Shown: one piece after another, positions 10,797 to 20,399 of the stretch
Layout: the number at the start of each line of letters is the position of its first letter
Numbering within the stretch: position 1 is the first letter of the stretch
Source: Chlorobiota bacterium
GTDB lineage: Bacteria > Bacteroidota > Ignavibacteria > OLB7
Reading direction: 5' to 3'
NCBI GenBank assembly: GCA_016788565.1
Contig: JAEUSP010000101.1
Span: 3,334 to 67,333 of the forward strand
DNA: 64,000 bases
Translations under genes and position numbers: made by a program
The notes under the pieces: generated by a model
Databases searched by the model: none
What the model was told of the DNA's origin: nothing
What the model saw: only the letters and a program-made list of their open reading frames with translations

Positions 10797-10803
10797 CGGA
10801 CCG

Positions 10804-11388
10804 ATGAAGCACGCCATCACCTCAACTCGCGACCGATACTTGATTCAGTTTCACCTCCTATTCGCAGGGTTCCCCGTGAAAGCACTGATTGGATCAATCA
10901 TCGCTGTGATCGCACAACTGTTTTCAGTCGAACTGGAGCTTGTTGTGCTTGCTGGTTTTTTTCTCATTGCAGATTTACTAACTGGTATCATCGCAGCCAA
11001 ACGGAGAGGGGAAAAGATTAACTCTCTCTCCGCCAGACAAACACCGATAAAAGTCATTGAATACTTGCTGTTCGTGGCTTGCATGATCGCAATTTCCAAC
11101 GTCAAAGCCTTCCAAGAATACTCATGGCTCCAGAGTGTTATTTCAAGTTTTGATCTGATTGGGTTCTCCATTGTACTTTGGATTGAGTTGGTTTCTGTCA
11201 TCGAAAACGTCTTTGGGAAAACCCGGGCCAAGACCATTATTGGCTTGCTGACTGGCAAGCTAAAATTTCGCGACATGATTCAACCGATAGCCAACGAAAG
11301 CAAACAAGACGAGGAGGAGGGGCAAGAGAGTGAGGAGCCAACGGAGGGGGAGTCGTCTGAAACTGCACACGATGCAGCGTCCAAATAG
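10804..11388 (+). CDS. Phage holin (holin family 4 / TcdE-like)
   Basis: Several TM segments, ADLLTGIIAAK..GEKINS and ELVSVIEN motifs, acidic C-terminal tail. Confidence 0.8.
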   Translation: MKHAITSTRDRYLIQFHLLFAGFPVKALIGSIIAVIAQLFSVELELVVLAGFFLIADLLTGIIAAKRRGEKINSLSARQTPIKVIEYLLFVACMIAISNVKAFQEYSWLQSVISSFDLIGFSIVLWIELVSVIENVFGKTRAKTIIGLLTGKLKFRDMIQPIANESKQDEEEGQESEEPTEGESSETAHDAASK

Positions 11389-11484
11389 CAATTTGAAAGG
11401 GGAGTATTGGGCAGCGTTACCAGTGCTCCATTACTCCTCAATAAAAACGTTTACCACAACCTTCATCACCAATTTTTCATCACC

Positions 11485-12132
11485 ATGGCAAATCCGAACG
11501 CCTTGTATTACAAGGGGATTGATCGCATCCTAAAAGGTCAAACAGACATTGATACCGACACCTTTAAGTGTGTGTTGGTGGATCTCGACGACTACGCGCT
11601 TGCAGTTTCTGGGGCAACAAATGCTACTCCGATTGTTGTGACGACATCAGCCACACACGGCCTTTCAACAGGTGACAAGGTCGCCATTTGTGGAGTAGGG
11701 GGGAATACCAATGCAAATGGGGTGTTCTCCATTACCGTACTAAGTACCACGACGTTCTCCGTGCAGGATGTCCGTACTGGCACTGACATAGCAGGGAGTG
11801 GTTCGTACACTTCTGGGGGGTACGTCATCAAGGTATCAATCGACGAATTTCTTTCTGACATCCCGTCTGGGGCAAGAGTTGCTACCAGTGCTTCGCTTTC
11901 AGGGGTGGCCGTCAGTCAGGGAGTTGTTGATTGGAGTGATTTCAGTTTTAGTGCTGTTACTGGCGATGCTTCCGAAGCGATTGTCCTGTATAAGGATACT
12001 GGAACAGCATCTACTTCTGCTTTGGTTGCTCTCTACACCAACGGCACGAACTTGCCAGTTACCCCAAACGGCGGTGACATCAACGTTGCATGGAGCAACG
12101 GGGCATCAAAAGCATTCCGCATCAACAACTAA
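11485..12132 (+). CDS. Virion structural protein with FCCH-like beta domain
   Basis: Likely start MANPNALY at 11485; SGATNATPIVVTT..HGLSTGDKV..NANG motif shared with the ORF at 12533. Confidence 0.65.
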   Translation: MANPNALYYKGIDRILKGQTDIDTDTFKCVLVDLDDYALAVSGATNATPIVVTTSATHGLSTGDKVAICGVGGNTNANGVFSITVLSTTTFSVQDVRTGTDIAGSGSYTSGGYVIKVSIDEFLSDIPSGARVATSASLSGVAVSQGVVDWSDFSFSAVTGDASEAIVLYKDTGTASTSALVALYTNGTNLPVTPNGGDINVAWSNGASKAFRINN

Positions 12133-12170
12133 CCACCGAGAAGACTTATTCACCACAACGATTCATCACC

Positions 12171-12422
12171 ATGATTGATTACACCACACTTTCCGAAGAA
12201 GAGTTCCTGACTGTTCGCGCAACCGTCGAAGAGGAATCAGAACAACTACGACAAAGGAAATTGGCCATCAAAGCCGAAGTCCTTCGACGCGAAGCGGGAG
12301 CATCCGTCAATGATTTACTGAAGAAATTGACCACAGAAGAGAAAGCTGTTCTACAAGCACTGGCGCAAGGCGTTGGATTAGATTCAGCAACATCTGAGGC
12401 AGTTGCTCCTCAAACGGACTAA
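12171..12422 (+). CDS. Hypothetical coiled-coil protein
   Basis: ATG at 12171 after the previous stop. Confidence 0.55.
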   Translation: MIDYTTLSEEEFLTVRATVEEESEQLRQRKLAIKAEVLRREAGASVNDLLKKLTTEEKAVLQALAQGVGLDSATSEAVAPQTD

Positions 12423-12532
12423 GGTAATTACTCCAAATGGCCTCTCCCTATTTCTCGATTTCGGGATATCATCGATAGGGAGGGGCCATGTTACTTTGAC
12501 AATCAACTGCCTATCATTTCACCACACTCCAC

Positions 12533-15013
12533 ATGGCAACCCTGTATCTTGATTTTCTGAACGGGAATGATGCCAACAATGGCTCCTCGTTTGCAAATAG
12601 ATTTAAGACGTTCAATAGCGGTGCGACTGCTGCTCGAACGGCTCCAGGCGATACGATCCGACTGATGAAAAGCGAAGACCCTATTAGGGTAAAGGCTGTT
12701 CCAATATCGTTGGTATCCAGTACCAACGCATCTCCCATTTCCGTTGAAGTCACGGGGCATGGATATACCACAGGCGATCAAGTTGAGATTGCCGGCCACG
12801 CGACGAACACCGCAGCAAATGGGGCATGGACAATTACCGTCACCGACGCAAACAACTTCACGTTAAACAGCTCAACAGGGAATGGGGTTGGTGGAGCGAC
12901 GGGAACGGTTCGACGACTGGCTACGGCAACATTTACCGACCTATCACCAACGGTGACGCTATCCGAGGCGGTGACAAAAACAATTGAAGCCTGCGAGAGT
13001 TCGTGGACAGCCAACACGAACGTGACTGCCAGTACCGTCGCCACACGCAAGGAGGGGAGTCTTTGTTCCCAACTTGCAGTTGCGTCAGGCTTCACCACAG
13101 GTCGGATAGGGCATAAAGCACTTGCAGGAGCAACGGATTATTCTGCTTATACCAAGATCACGTTATGGATTCGTGCGAACACAGCGGTGAGTTCTGGGGT
13201 GTTGCAGATAAAACTCTGTTCGGATACCGGAGGGACGACCGCCGTCAATACCATCACTATCAACGAAGCACTATCAAGCGGTTCTCTATGGCGGCCAATA
13301 GTGTTGGATAATGGAGGAGCGTTAGGGAGCAGCATCCAATCGGTGGCGTTGTATGCGTTGTCTGATCCGGGGGCAGTGACAATAGCACTGGATAATATCG
13401 AAGCCTGCAACGAACTTTCGTTGGTTTCTCTGATTAGCACCCAATCCAGTGCCACGTCACTTGAATTTTGGCCCGTGCAATCTATCAATGGAACAACGGT
13501 GAAGATTGATGCTTCATCCAATTTCAGTTTAGACATCGGGACAAACATTGGGTACGTGGGGGCTACGGCTTCCAGCGTTGCTATTTACAAGCGCGATCCC
13601 GTCCGAATCACATCCAACCAAGCAACCCAGGAAGCGGGGTCTTCGGGAAATCCAAATACCTACTCAGGTGGTTGGGATACAGCGGCGATGACATCGCAGG
13701 ACGGTATGACGTTCATTGATGTTGCCGATGGTTCTTTTATTGGCGTAACTGCGGCTTCAGATTACATCAATTTTGAAAAACTCGTAGTTGTTCGTGGCAC
13801 GTATGGGTTCAACTGCACCGGAGGATTCCAGACACTAACAAGCTGCGGGGCAATAGCGACGGGGATCAACACAGGGACATCAATCGGGATACGGACATTG
13901 GGTGGCACAACCACCGATGTAAATGACTGCATGGCGTTGTGCGGGTATGCAGGGAATGCTGCGATGTCTGGATTTGATGCCAGTGCTAATTTGACCAACT
14001 GCACCGCTAAATCACTCCACACCAATACGAGTACTCTCCAAGGGTTTGTGGTGAGTGCAACGAAGTCAATACACTCCAACCTTGTTGTAGAAGGGTTGAA
14101 GGCGCTCAGTAGCGGGACGATATACGGCATCCGTATTGCTGCATCTGCCACCAAGATCACAACCGCAACTGTCCGCTCACTCACAGGTGTATCAACAGGG
14201 ACGTGCAATGGGGTGTATATCTCTACACATTCCAATGAAGTATCGGGGGTGACAATCTCTGCCATTGCAGCGGCTGGCTCGGCAACGTTCTCGGCTGTTG
14301 GATTGTTCATTGGCGGGGAGAACAATGTCATCCGCGCAATTTCATGTACAACAGAAACTTGCTCTGGTTCTGGCGGTGGATATGGTGTTGTGAATAGTAT
14401 GGGGAACACCTACGGAGGGCAGCAAAATTGGATTTATGGGCTAACGACCACAGGGGCAAAAACAGCCAGTATTTACTCCACCAATTCGGGAGTCCTCTAC
14501 GTTGATAATACCTCTTGTACTGAATCCACAAAGGTCGTCACTGATACTGGAGTTTTTACCAGAGTTATCATCACACGGTACGAAGGTGATCCAGCGGACT
14601 ACCGAATTTTCGAGGAGAATGCTACGGTTATTCGGACAGATACCGGCACAGTGGATACGGGGAGTTCGTTGTCTATTAAGCACTCACCATTATCGGCTCA
14701 CACGGAGAATCGTCCTCTTCTACAAAAGACGATGCCAGTGGTGGTTAATTCTTCGGGAACTCTAACACTCAACATTCGGGTACAGCGGTCTTCAACGAAT
14801 GTGACTGCCCAACTCCGACTTCGTGGCGGACAAGCGAATGGGGTTGCAAGCGACCTTACAGATTCGGCCAGTGCGTCAGCGGGGTCATGGGAGACACTAA
14901 GCATCAATTGCTCTCCAACGCAGAAGGTTCCTATGGAACTTGAATTGCTTTCGTGGCAAACTGCTGGCAGCGGGGATGTATTCTGGGACACTGCTTCCAT
15001 CACTCAATCCTAA
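12533..15013 (+). CDS. Tail spike/fibre-like protein with probable beta-helix
   Basis: N-terminal LYLDFLNGNDANNG..FKT..GDTIR motif, FCCH-like insert, T/S/G-rich repeats. Confidence 0.7.
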   Translation: MATLYLDFLNGNDANNGSSFANRFKTFNSGATAARTAPGDTIRLMKSEDPIRVKAVPISLVSSTNASPISVEVTGHGYTTGDQVEIAGHATNTAANGAWTITVTDANNFTLNSSTGNGVGGATGTVRRLATATFTDLSPTVTLSEAVTKTIEACESSWTANTNVTASTVATRKEGSLCSQLAVASGFTTGRIGHKALAGATDYSAYTKITLWIRANTAVSSGVLQIKLCSDTGGTTAVNTITINEALSSGSLWRPIVLDNGGALGSSIQSVALYALSDPGAVTIALDNIEACNELSLVSLISTQSSATSLEFWPVQSINGTTVKIDASSNFSLDIGTNIGYVGATASSVAIYKRDPVRITSNQATQEAGSSGNPNTYSGGWDTAAMTSQDGMTFIDVADGSFIGVTAASDYINFEKLVVVRGTYGFNCTGGFQTLTSCGAIATGINTGTSIGIRTLGGTTTDVNDCMALCGYAGNAAMSGFDASANLTNCTAKSLHTNTSTLQGFVVSATKSIHSNLVVEGLKALSSGTIYGIRIAASATKITTATVRSLTGVSTGTCNGVYISTHSNEVSGVTISAIAAAGSATFSAVGLFIGGENNVIRAISCTTETCSGSGGGYGVVNSMGNTYGGQQNWIYGLTTTGAKTASIYSTNSGVLYVDNTSCTESTKVVTDTGVFTRVIITRYEGDPADYRIFEENATVIRTDTGTVDTGSSLSIKHSPLSAHTENRPLLQKTMPVVVNSSGTLTLNIRVQRSSTNVTAQLRLRGGQANGVASDLTDSASASAGSWETLSINCSPTQKVPMELELLSWQTAGSGDVFWDTASITQS

Positions 15014-15023
15014 GGAGGGAACC

Positions 15024-16319
15024 ATGGCATTACCCTTTGATCTGAACGGGTTGGATACGGTGTGGGGGGGGAGGGCATGTATCGCCAACACCTCCAAAGG
15101 GAGTATTGATCTTGGCTCGCTTGATTACAACGCCGCTGGCAACCCCTTTATTGCCAACAATGGGCCGTTGGATCAATCTGCATCCGTCAATGGTCAGGAT
15201 AGCGTTGCAAGCGTTGGGGAGTTGAGTGTTTCGATCAGCGGAGGTGGTGGGTTGTCAGTTGCGATTGATCCCTGTGATGCTGTCGTGAGCAGTGGGGGGA
15301 TAAGCGTATCCACAACAGTTGCTGTTGGCCTTACTGCGTCAGATTCCATTGCTGAAGGTGGGGCAGTTTCTATTGCCACCAGCGTCGGAGTTGGATTACA
15401 ATCTGGGGATGTTGTCTTTCAAACTGAAGGGGTGACAATTTCCACCCAGATTGCGATTGCATTGCAGTCTGGCGATGCTCTTTGCACCAGCGGCGACCTA
15501 CTACTAACATCGGGTGGAATACTCCTATCGCTTGATTCTGCCAATGGGATTACCTCTGTTGATCCATTGGCGATTAGTCTGGGAGCGGTGTCGGTGAGCT
15601 TGGGGAGTGTCAGTGGAGTTATTGGGGCGGATACCCTTACGATTTCGCCAATGACATCGGTGTCAATCGCATCTGGGGGTGTGGTTACAGATAGCGGGGG
15701 CATTTCACTACAATCCGCGATCACCACCGGGTTGGAATCAGCAACAGCGGCGGGGGATGTGGGAGCGGTGGGATTCACCACTTCCATTTCATTATCCCTT
15801 GAAAGCATCGTCGCCATTAGCGATGCGAACGCACTATCAGTTTCTCCCGGGGCAATCAGTATCCTCCTTGGTTCAGTGGATACCATTGCAACCCTTGATG
15901 CACCAACGTTGGGATATATCCTCTCTGTTGGATTAGATGGGGCAACGGGGATTGCCAGCGTTGATGACATAACCATTACTCCAACAATCTCGATCGTCAT
16001 TGATCCGACCGTTGGCGTGATTGATGTTGGCGCAACAGCGGTAGCACCCGGGGCTGTCTCTCTTCAGCTTGAAGCATTATCGCTGGGTTCTGATAGTGGA
16101 GGGGTTTCCCTGTTGGTGTACTTCAAGAGTAATGCCCAGGCTACTTGGGGAAACCCAGAATCAACAGTAGGTGCATTTGGCTCCCCTGAATCTGTTGAAG
16201 GTGTGTTGTCCTGCAACGAACACGCTACCGTCAGTTATAGCAACCCAGCAGCCGTGATAGCGGCATGGGGGACACCGGACACCGTAATAGCCACCTACTT
16301 CACAGACGAACATTTCTAA
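15024..16319 (+). CDS. Repetitive S/G/V/I-rich virion protein
   Basis: aaggagg RBS before ATG 15024; low-complexity repeats of roughly 23 aa. Confidence 0.6.
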   Translation: MALPFDLNGLDTVWGGRACIANTSKGSIDLGSLDYNAAGNPFIANNGPLDQSASVNGQDSVASVGELSVSISGGGGLSVAIDPCDAVVSSGGISVSTTVAVGLTASDSIAEGGAVSIATSVGVGLQSGDVVFQTEGVTISTQIAIALQSGDALCTSGDLLLTSGGILLSLDSANGITSVDPLAISLGAVSVSLGSVSGVIGADTLTISPMTSVSIASGGVVTDSGGISLQSAITTGLESATAAGDVGAVGFTTSISLSLESIVAISDANALSVSPGAISILLGSVDTIATLDAPTLGYILSVGLDGATGIASVDDITITPTISIVIDPTVGVIDVGATAVAPGAVSLQLEALSLGSDSGGVSLLVYFKSNAQATWGNPESTVGAFGSPESVEGVLSCNEHATVSYSNPAAVIAAWGTPDTVIATYFTDEHF

Positions 16320-16352
16320 GCTCATTCCTTCACACTACCGATTGGAGATACC

Positions 16353-16742
16353 ATGAATTTTACCGATGACGACGCACTACGCAGAGGGGACGATATTCGT
16401 ATCCCCTTCACCTTGACAATCACCGATGTCAATGGGACGGAACACTTCCTCAGCGAAGTTGGATATACCGACTACAAGCTCTGGTTTACGGTTAAGGCAC
16501 AGCTATCCGATGCTGATAACGCTGCCCTCTTCCAGAAGACCACGACGGCTTCACAAATCGTTATCACCAATGCCAGCCAGAACAAGGGATACGTAATTAT
16601 CAATGCTGCGGACACCGTGAATTGTGATACGGAAACTGCATACTGGTATGATCTTCAGATCAAGACAACGGCGTGTGGGATCAAGACGTGCAATGTTGGG
16701 AAGATCGAGTTCAAAGCAGATGTTTCGCGAGCTACTGCATGA
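16353..16742 (+). CDS. BppU N-terminal-like baseplate protein
   Basis: RRGDD..F.LT...FTVK...YWYDLQI pattern; last gene of the late operon. Confidence 0.6.
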   Translation: MNFTDDDALRRGDDIRIPFTLTITDVNGTEHFLSEVGYTDYKLWFTVKAQLSDADNAALFQKTTTASQIVITNASQNKGYVIINAADTVNCDTETAYWYDLQIKTTACGIKTCNVGKIEFKADVSRATA

Positions 16743-16762
16743 CAGGGGATTGAGATAGGGAA

Positions 16763-16824
16763 GCAACCGTTGGAGTACCAACAGTTGCAAGAGGGGCAAC
16801 CGTTGGAGTACCAACAGTTGCCCC
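16763..16824. repeat. Tandem pair of identical 26-bp palindromes
   Basis: gcaaccgttggagtaccaacagttgc at 16763-16788 and 16796-16821. Confidence 0.9.
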
Positions 16825-16963
16825 GAAGTGCAGTCGTAAGGGCTAACCCTGAACTGCAATACAGGAAAACTTACAGGATTGGCACTACTGTTGGAGGCAA
16901 GTAGATCAATGCAAAATGCTAATCCGAATCAGCCCTCACTATCCACACATAGCAGAGCAAACA

Positions 16964-16999
16964 GCCCGACCAACAGGGGATTGGTCGGGCATCTTTTTT
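16964..16999 (+). terminator. Rho-independent terminator
   Basis: gcccgaccaa...ttggtcgggc followed by a T run. Confidence 0.75.
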
Positions 17000-17030
17000 C
17001 ATAAACAGCAAATGTAGCAGGATGTTATTT

Positions 17031-17074
17031 TTGTTATAGTGCTATAACAAGCGAAAATTTTCATAGTATATTTG
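17031..17074 (+). promoter_or_regulatory. Palindromic operator plus TAnnTTTG promoter of an early operon
   Basis: ttgttatag-tg-ctataacaa (17031-17050); TATATTTG at 17067-17074; related site at 17894-17913. Confidence 0.7.
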
Positions 17075-17129
17075 CACCACGACGGCAAACAAGTGCTTGC
17101 TGAAATCAACTAACAACAGGACAAACACC

Positions 17130-17888
17130 ATGGACGAGCTAAAAACTATCGCTGCAATGTTTTTACAAAGCTCCCTAAAGGAGATTACTACAAGTTATGC
17201 TGGCTGCTCCCAGCAGTATCGGGAGGAACTTGTCGGGGATGCTATTGCATGGGCAAAAGAGTTGGAATTTGGGTTCTACTCAAGTCGGCGATACGTGCTT
17301 CATGTAGATAAGATTACATGGTTCCCGAGCGAAGATATTATTGAAGAGATTGAAGAGAAGAGCTTCACAACATTTGCCGATGCCCAAGAATATACAACAG
17401 GGTTAGGCCAGCGGTACGGGATAGACCCGAAGGATCAATGCACGGACATCTACATCGTCGAAACCATCAATAATCAGCATTCTACGCGCTATTTTAACTA
17501 TACTGGCTCCGAAGTCTATCTTTCGCTCCATGATTGGATGCGGCCATGCAGATACCTCCAACCATCAGATTCTATCGGCTATGCGTTCCATTTCGACGAC
17601 TTGGACGCATTGACCAAGAATGCAGAGTTTGCGAAGGCTTTAGATGGGATTCTGGAAGATTGGCATGCATATCCTTGGGATGCAGCCATTGAACTGGATA
17701 GGATCATCTCAGACTATGGGTTTGATCGTGATTTCTGTTTGAACTCGGTCTATATCGTCAAGATCATCGTTCGTAAGAGTGATATGGAGGATAAGTTAGA
17801 GATACGCATGATTGACCCAGTGTATAACATTAACAGAGAGCGGGTTGCCCCAACGTTTCAGAGCAAAGTACGGTTCGAGAGTGAATAA
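17130..17888 (+). CDS. Hypothetical protein
   Basis: ATG 17130 with agga RBS within the 263-aa ORF. Confidence 0.7.
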   Translation: MDELKTIAAMFLQSSLKEITTSYAGCSQQYREELVGDAIAWAKELEFGFYSSRRYVLHVDKITWFPSEDIIEEIEEKSFTTFADAQEYTTGLGQRYGIDPKDQCTDIYIVETINNQHSTRYFNYTGSEVYLSLHDWMRPCRYLQPSDSIGYAFHFDDLDALTKNAEFAKALDGILEDWHAYPWDAAIELDRIISDYGFDRDFCLNSVYIVKIIVRKSDMEDKLEIRMIDPVYNINRERVAPTFQSKVRFESE

Positions 17889-18001
17889 AAATTTTGTTAT
17901 AGCACTGCAACAAACAAAACAACGGCCCGTAGTAGAGAAATAACCTGACGATGCCCGGCGAGTGCCGAAGCACGAAGAACAAAAAACGTAAGGACACTGC
18001 A

Positions 18002-18274
18002 ATGAAAAACACAAGTACGGCCCCTGCCACATATCGGCTGGTAGTATGCGAATATCTCCCATGTATGATTTTGGATGACTCCTTTGATGCAGGAGCATTT
18101 GAAGTAGCCCGATATGAGACGATTGCACTGGCACAGGCTGCCATTCATCAATACGTGCAAAAGCATGGATGGGACATCGAAGAAATTGAGGAAGTAACAG
18201 CCATCTATGGTATAGATAGCGAAGGGGAGCCAATCGAGGAGGTTTGCTTCAGCATTGACGGAACGCCTCTGTAA
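18002..18274 (+). CDS. Hypothetical acidic protein
   Basis: ATG at 18002 after aagga RBS. Confidence 0.6.
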   Translation: MKNTSTAPATYRLVVCEYLPCMILDDSFDAGAFEVARYETIALAQAAIHQYVQKHGWDIEEIEEVTAIYGIDSEGEPIEEVCFSIDGTPL

Positions 18275-18354
18275 TAGGGGTGACTGCGGAAAGGATCAAG
18301 TGATGCCCGGCGAGTGCCGAAGCACACACAAACGACTAACCAACAGGTGATACA

Positions 18355-19761
18355 ATGGCAAAGAATCTTAGTTCCCGCCCTTCACAAGAGGCAAAAGAAG
18401 AAGCACTGCTCGGAACCCATCACGGCTATACGATTTCGCTTCGCGAAGCAGAGCCATACAGCTACAACCAAAAGTCTGTTGGTCAGCAGTATGTGATCGA
18501 AGGGCCGAAGAACGAAGAACTTATCAAGCATCTGAAAAGCGCAGGTGCGCGGTGGGATGGATATGCCAAAGCATGGACGATTGCCAAAAGCAAGGCATCG
18601 AAACTTGCCAAGGTCATTGAACAGTTGCCAGAGATTTTGGCTGGGCAGGTACAGATGATGAACAAGGACATTGCGGCAGTTCAAGACTTACTCCGGCCAT
18701 TGACGGGGTACAAGGTGGAGGACAAGCGGTGGTACAATCGGATCGCCGTCGAACTTAGCACAAACGGGACAGGGCTAACTATCTATGCCGACATCGGCCC
18801 TCGCACCGTAGAAAAGTTTGTCGGGATTGGCTGCAAGCAAGAGAAGGATCAATACCAGCATAAGACCTTCTGGCTCCCTCTTTCCAAGCACCAAGCCTTG
18901 CGCGACTTGATAGAGCGGCTGCCCAGTATCTGGACGGCATGGTCAGAGGAAACACGCCAACAGATCGCCGCTGTCGTTGGTATCTACGGAGCATATTCGG
19001 TCAATCGCGGGGGGCAAGGGCTATTGGTGAAAGGCCCCTATACCGAACCTTTCAAAGATGCGATGAACTCCTTACGTGGCTATTGGGATCGTGGGAACCA
19101 GCATTGGATCATTGAGACAGCCTATGCCACACAATTACTCTTCATTATGGGGAAAGTTGAGCAGTGGCGTTCTGAGAGTGCGGAGCGTCATCGGGTTGCA
19201 GAGGAACAGAAGGAATCGGCGCGTAAAGCTGTGGCCGCAGAACGGGAAGCAGAAGATCAGCGAGTTGGGCGTATCTATGTCAGCGAGCGGAATGTTGAAA
19301 GAGGGTTTCAGTTGCCACGTGAGATTTGGCGCGAGGGGAAGCTCTACATCTTCGAGAAGCAAACCTACGCAGGGAAGGAGTATGACGATGGTGATTGGAT
19401 GGTGTCGGGGACCTATCTCGTGGCAACCGAAGAAGAGCAAGCCAAACGGGATGAGGAGATTCGCCAACGTCAGCAAACGCGGCACAACCTCAAGGCGGCG
19501 AAATCAGAGATTAAGGAGATTGCAAGCCAAGTTGCGCAGGAGCAAATAACGACTTGGCCAGCATCACCAAAGACCCGGCTTTTTGATTCTTCAGATCGTG
19601 ATCCCTTTTGCTCAATCTACTTGATAGACGAGATTGAGGGTTCGGCGATAGTGTCGTTCAGCTTTAGCGATTACAGCAACGACTACACTGGGGCGATTAC
19701 AGAGGAACAGATTCTACGGGTGAAGGAACTTGCCAGCATTATAGCTAAAGGAGGAGAGTAA
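18355..19761 (+). CDS. Hypothetical protein with repeated GP..-RWD..W modules
   Basis: Three related segments, e.g. GPKNEELIKHLKSAGARWDGYAKAW and GPYTEPFKDAMNSLRGYWDRGNQHW. Confidence 0.7.
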   Translation: MAKNLSSRPSQEAKEEALLGTHHGYTISLREAEPYSYNQKSVGQQYVIEGPKNEELIKHLKSAGARWDGYAKAWTIAKSKASKLAKVIEQLPEILAGQVQMMNKDIAAVQDLLRPLTGYKVEDKRWYNRIAVELSTNGTGLTIYADIGPRTVEKFVGIGCKQEKDQYQHKTFWLPLSKHQALRDLIERLPSIWTAWSEETRQQIAAVVGIYGAYSVNRGGQGLLVKGPYTEPFKDAMNSLRGYWDRGNQHWIIETAYATQLLFIMGKVEQWRSESAERHRVAEEQKESARKAVAAEREAEDQRVGRIYVSERNVERGFQLPREIWREGKLYIFEKQTYAGKEYDDGDWMVSGTYLVATEEEQAKRDEEIRQRQQTRHNLKAAKSEIKEIASQVAQEQITTWPASPKTRLFDSSDRDPFCSIYLIDEIEGSAIVSFSFSDYSNDYTGAITEEQILRVKELASIIAKGGE

Positions 19762-19993
19762 TGAACGTCAAGCAACTGAAGCCGCATCTACTCTATATCC
19801 TCCGAGATAAAAACGTCATTGATCCGCGAATTGAAGCAGCCCGATGGGGGTCGGGCTGCACGTCATAGAGAGGGCTTGCGAAGAGCTTTGCCGAGAGGGG
19901 GCGATGCAACGCGGACATAAAGTGTCCGAATTGATCCAAGAGATCACCTATTTTATGTACATCAACAAACCGGTCACTCAATCATAACGGATC

Positions 19994-20329
19994 ATGCTAC
20001 ATCCATCGGAATTAGTCCAACACGCGCTCGCATCGGAATTCGGCTCTTTTTGGCGACCCGGGGTCTATCATAGCCCATTGCCGGAGGATATTCTACCGTG
20101 GTATGCCACCGTAGTAGATTCAGGGCATTGCATCTTGTGCATCCTGCCGATGTTTTGGAAGCCAGAGATGAGCCAGCATGAAGTTGCTGACTACCTTGTG
20201 TCAGTGCCAGTCAAGAGCGTGCTACGGGGGTATGAAATTCGGGAAGGAGTTGTTGTCCCAACATCGCCGTTGATACGGTACGACGCGAATCTTGGGCTGA
20301 TAACCCCAGAAGAAGACACGGAGTATTGA
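19994..20329 (+). CDS. Hypothetical protein
   Basis: 111-aa ORF in operon orientation. Confidence 0.6.
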   Translation: MLHPSELVQHALASEFGSFWRPGVYHSPLPEDILPWYATVVDSGHCILCILPMFWKPEMSQHEVADYLVSVPVKSVLRGYEIREGVVVPTSPLIRYDANLGLITPEEDTEY

Positions 20330-20399
20330 TAGTATAGCGACCTAAGCCCATGCAAGTGCTGGGTACGGTTCATGGTTAGAACAGAGAGGAGATACACAA

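Noticed and set aside
7743-16319. Diversity-generating retroelement or invertible fibre cassette
   Set aside because: No reverse transcriptase or invertase in the window; the fibre duplication is in-frame and not adenine-specific.
17944-17975. Hammerhead ribozyme (ctgacga...gaa)
   Set aside because: Has GAAG rather than GAAA, stems I and III are not evident, and the second copy lacks CUGA.
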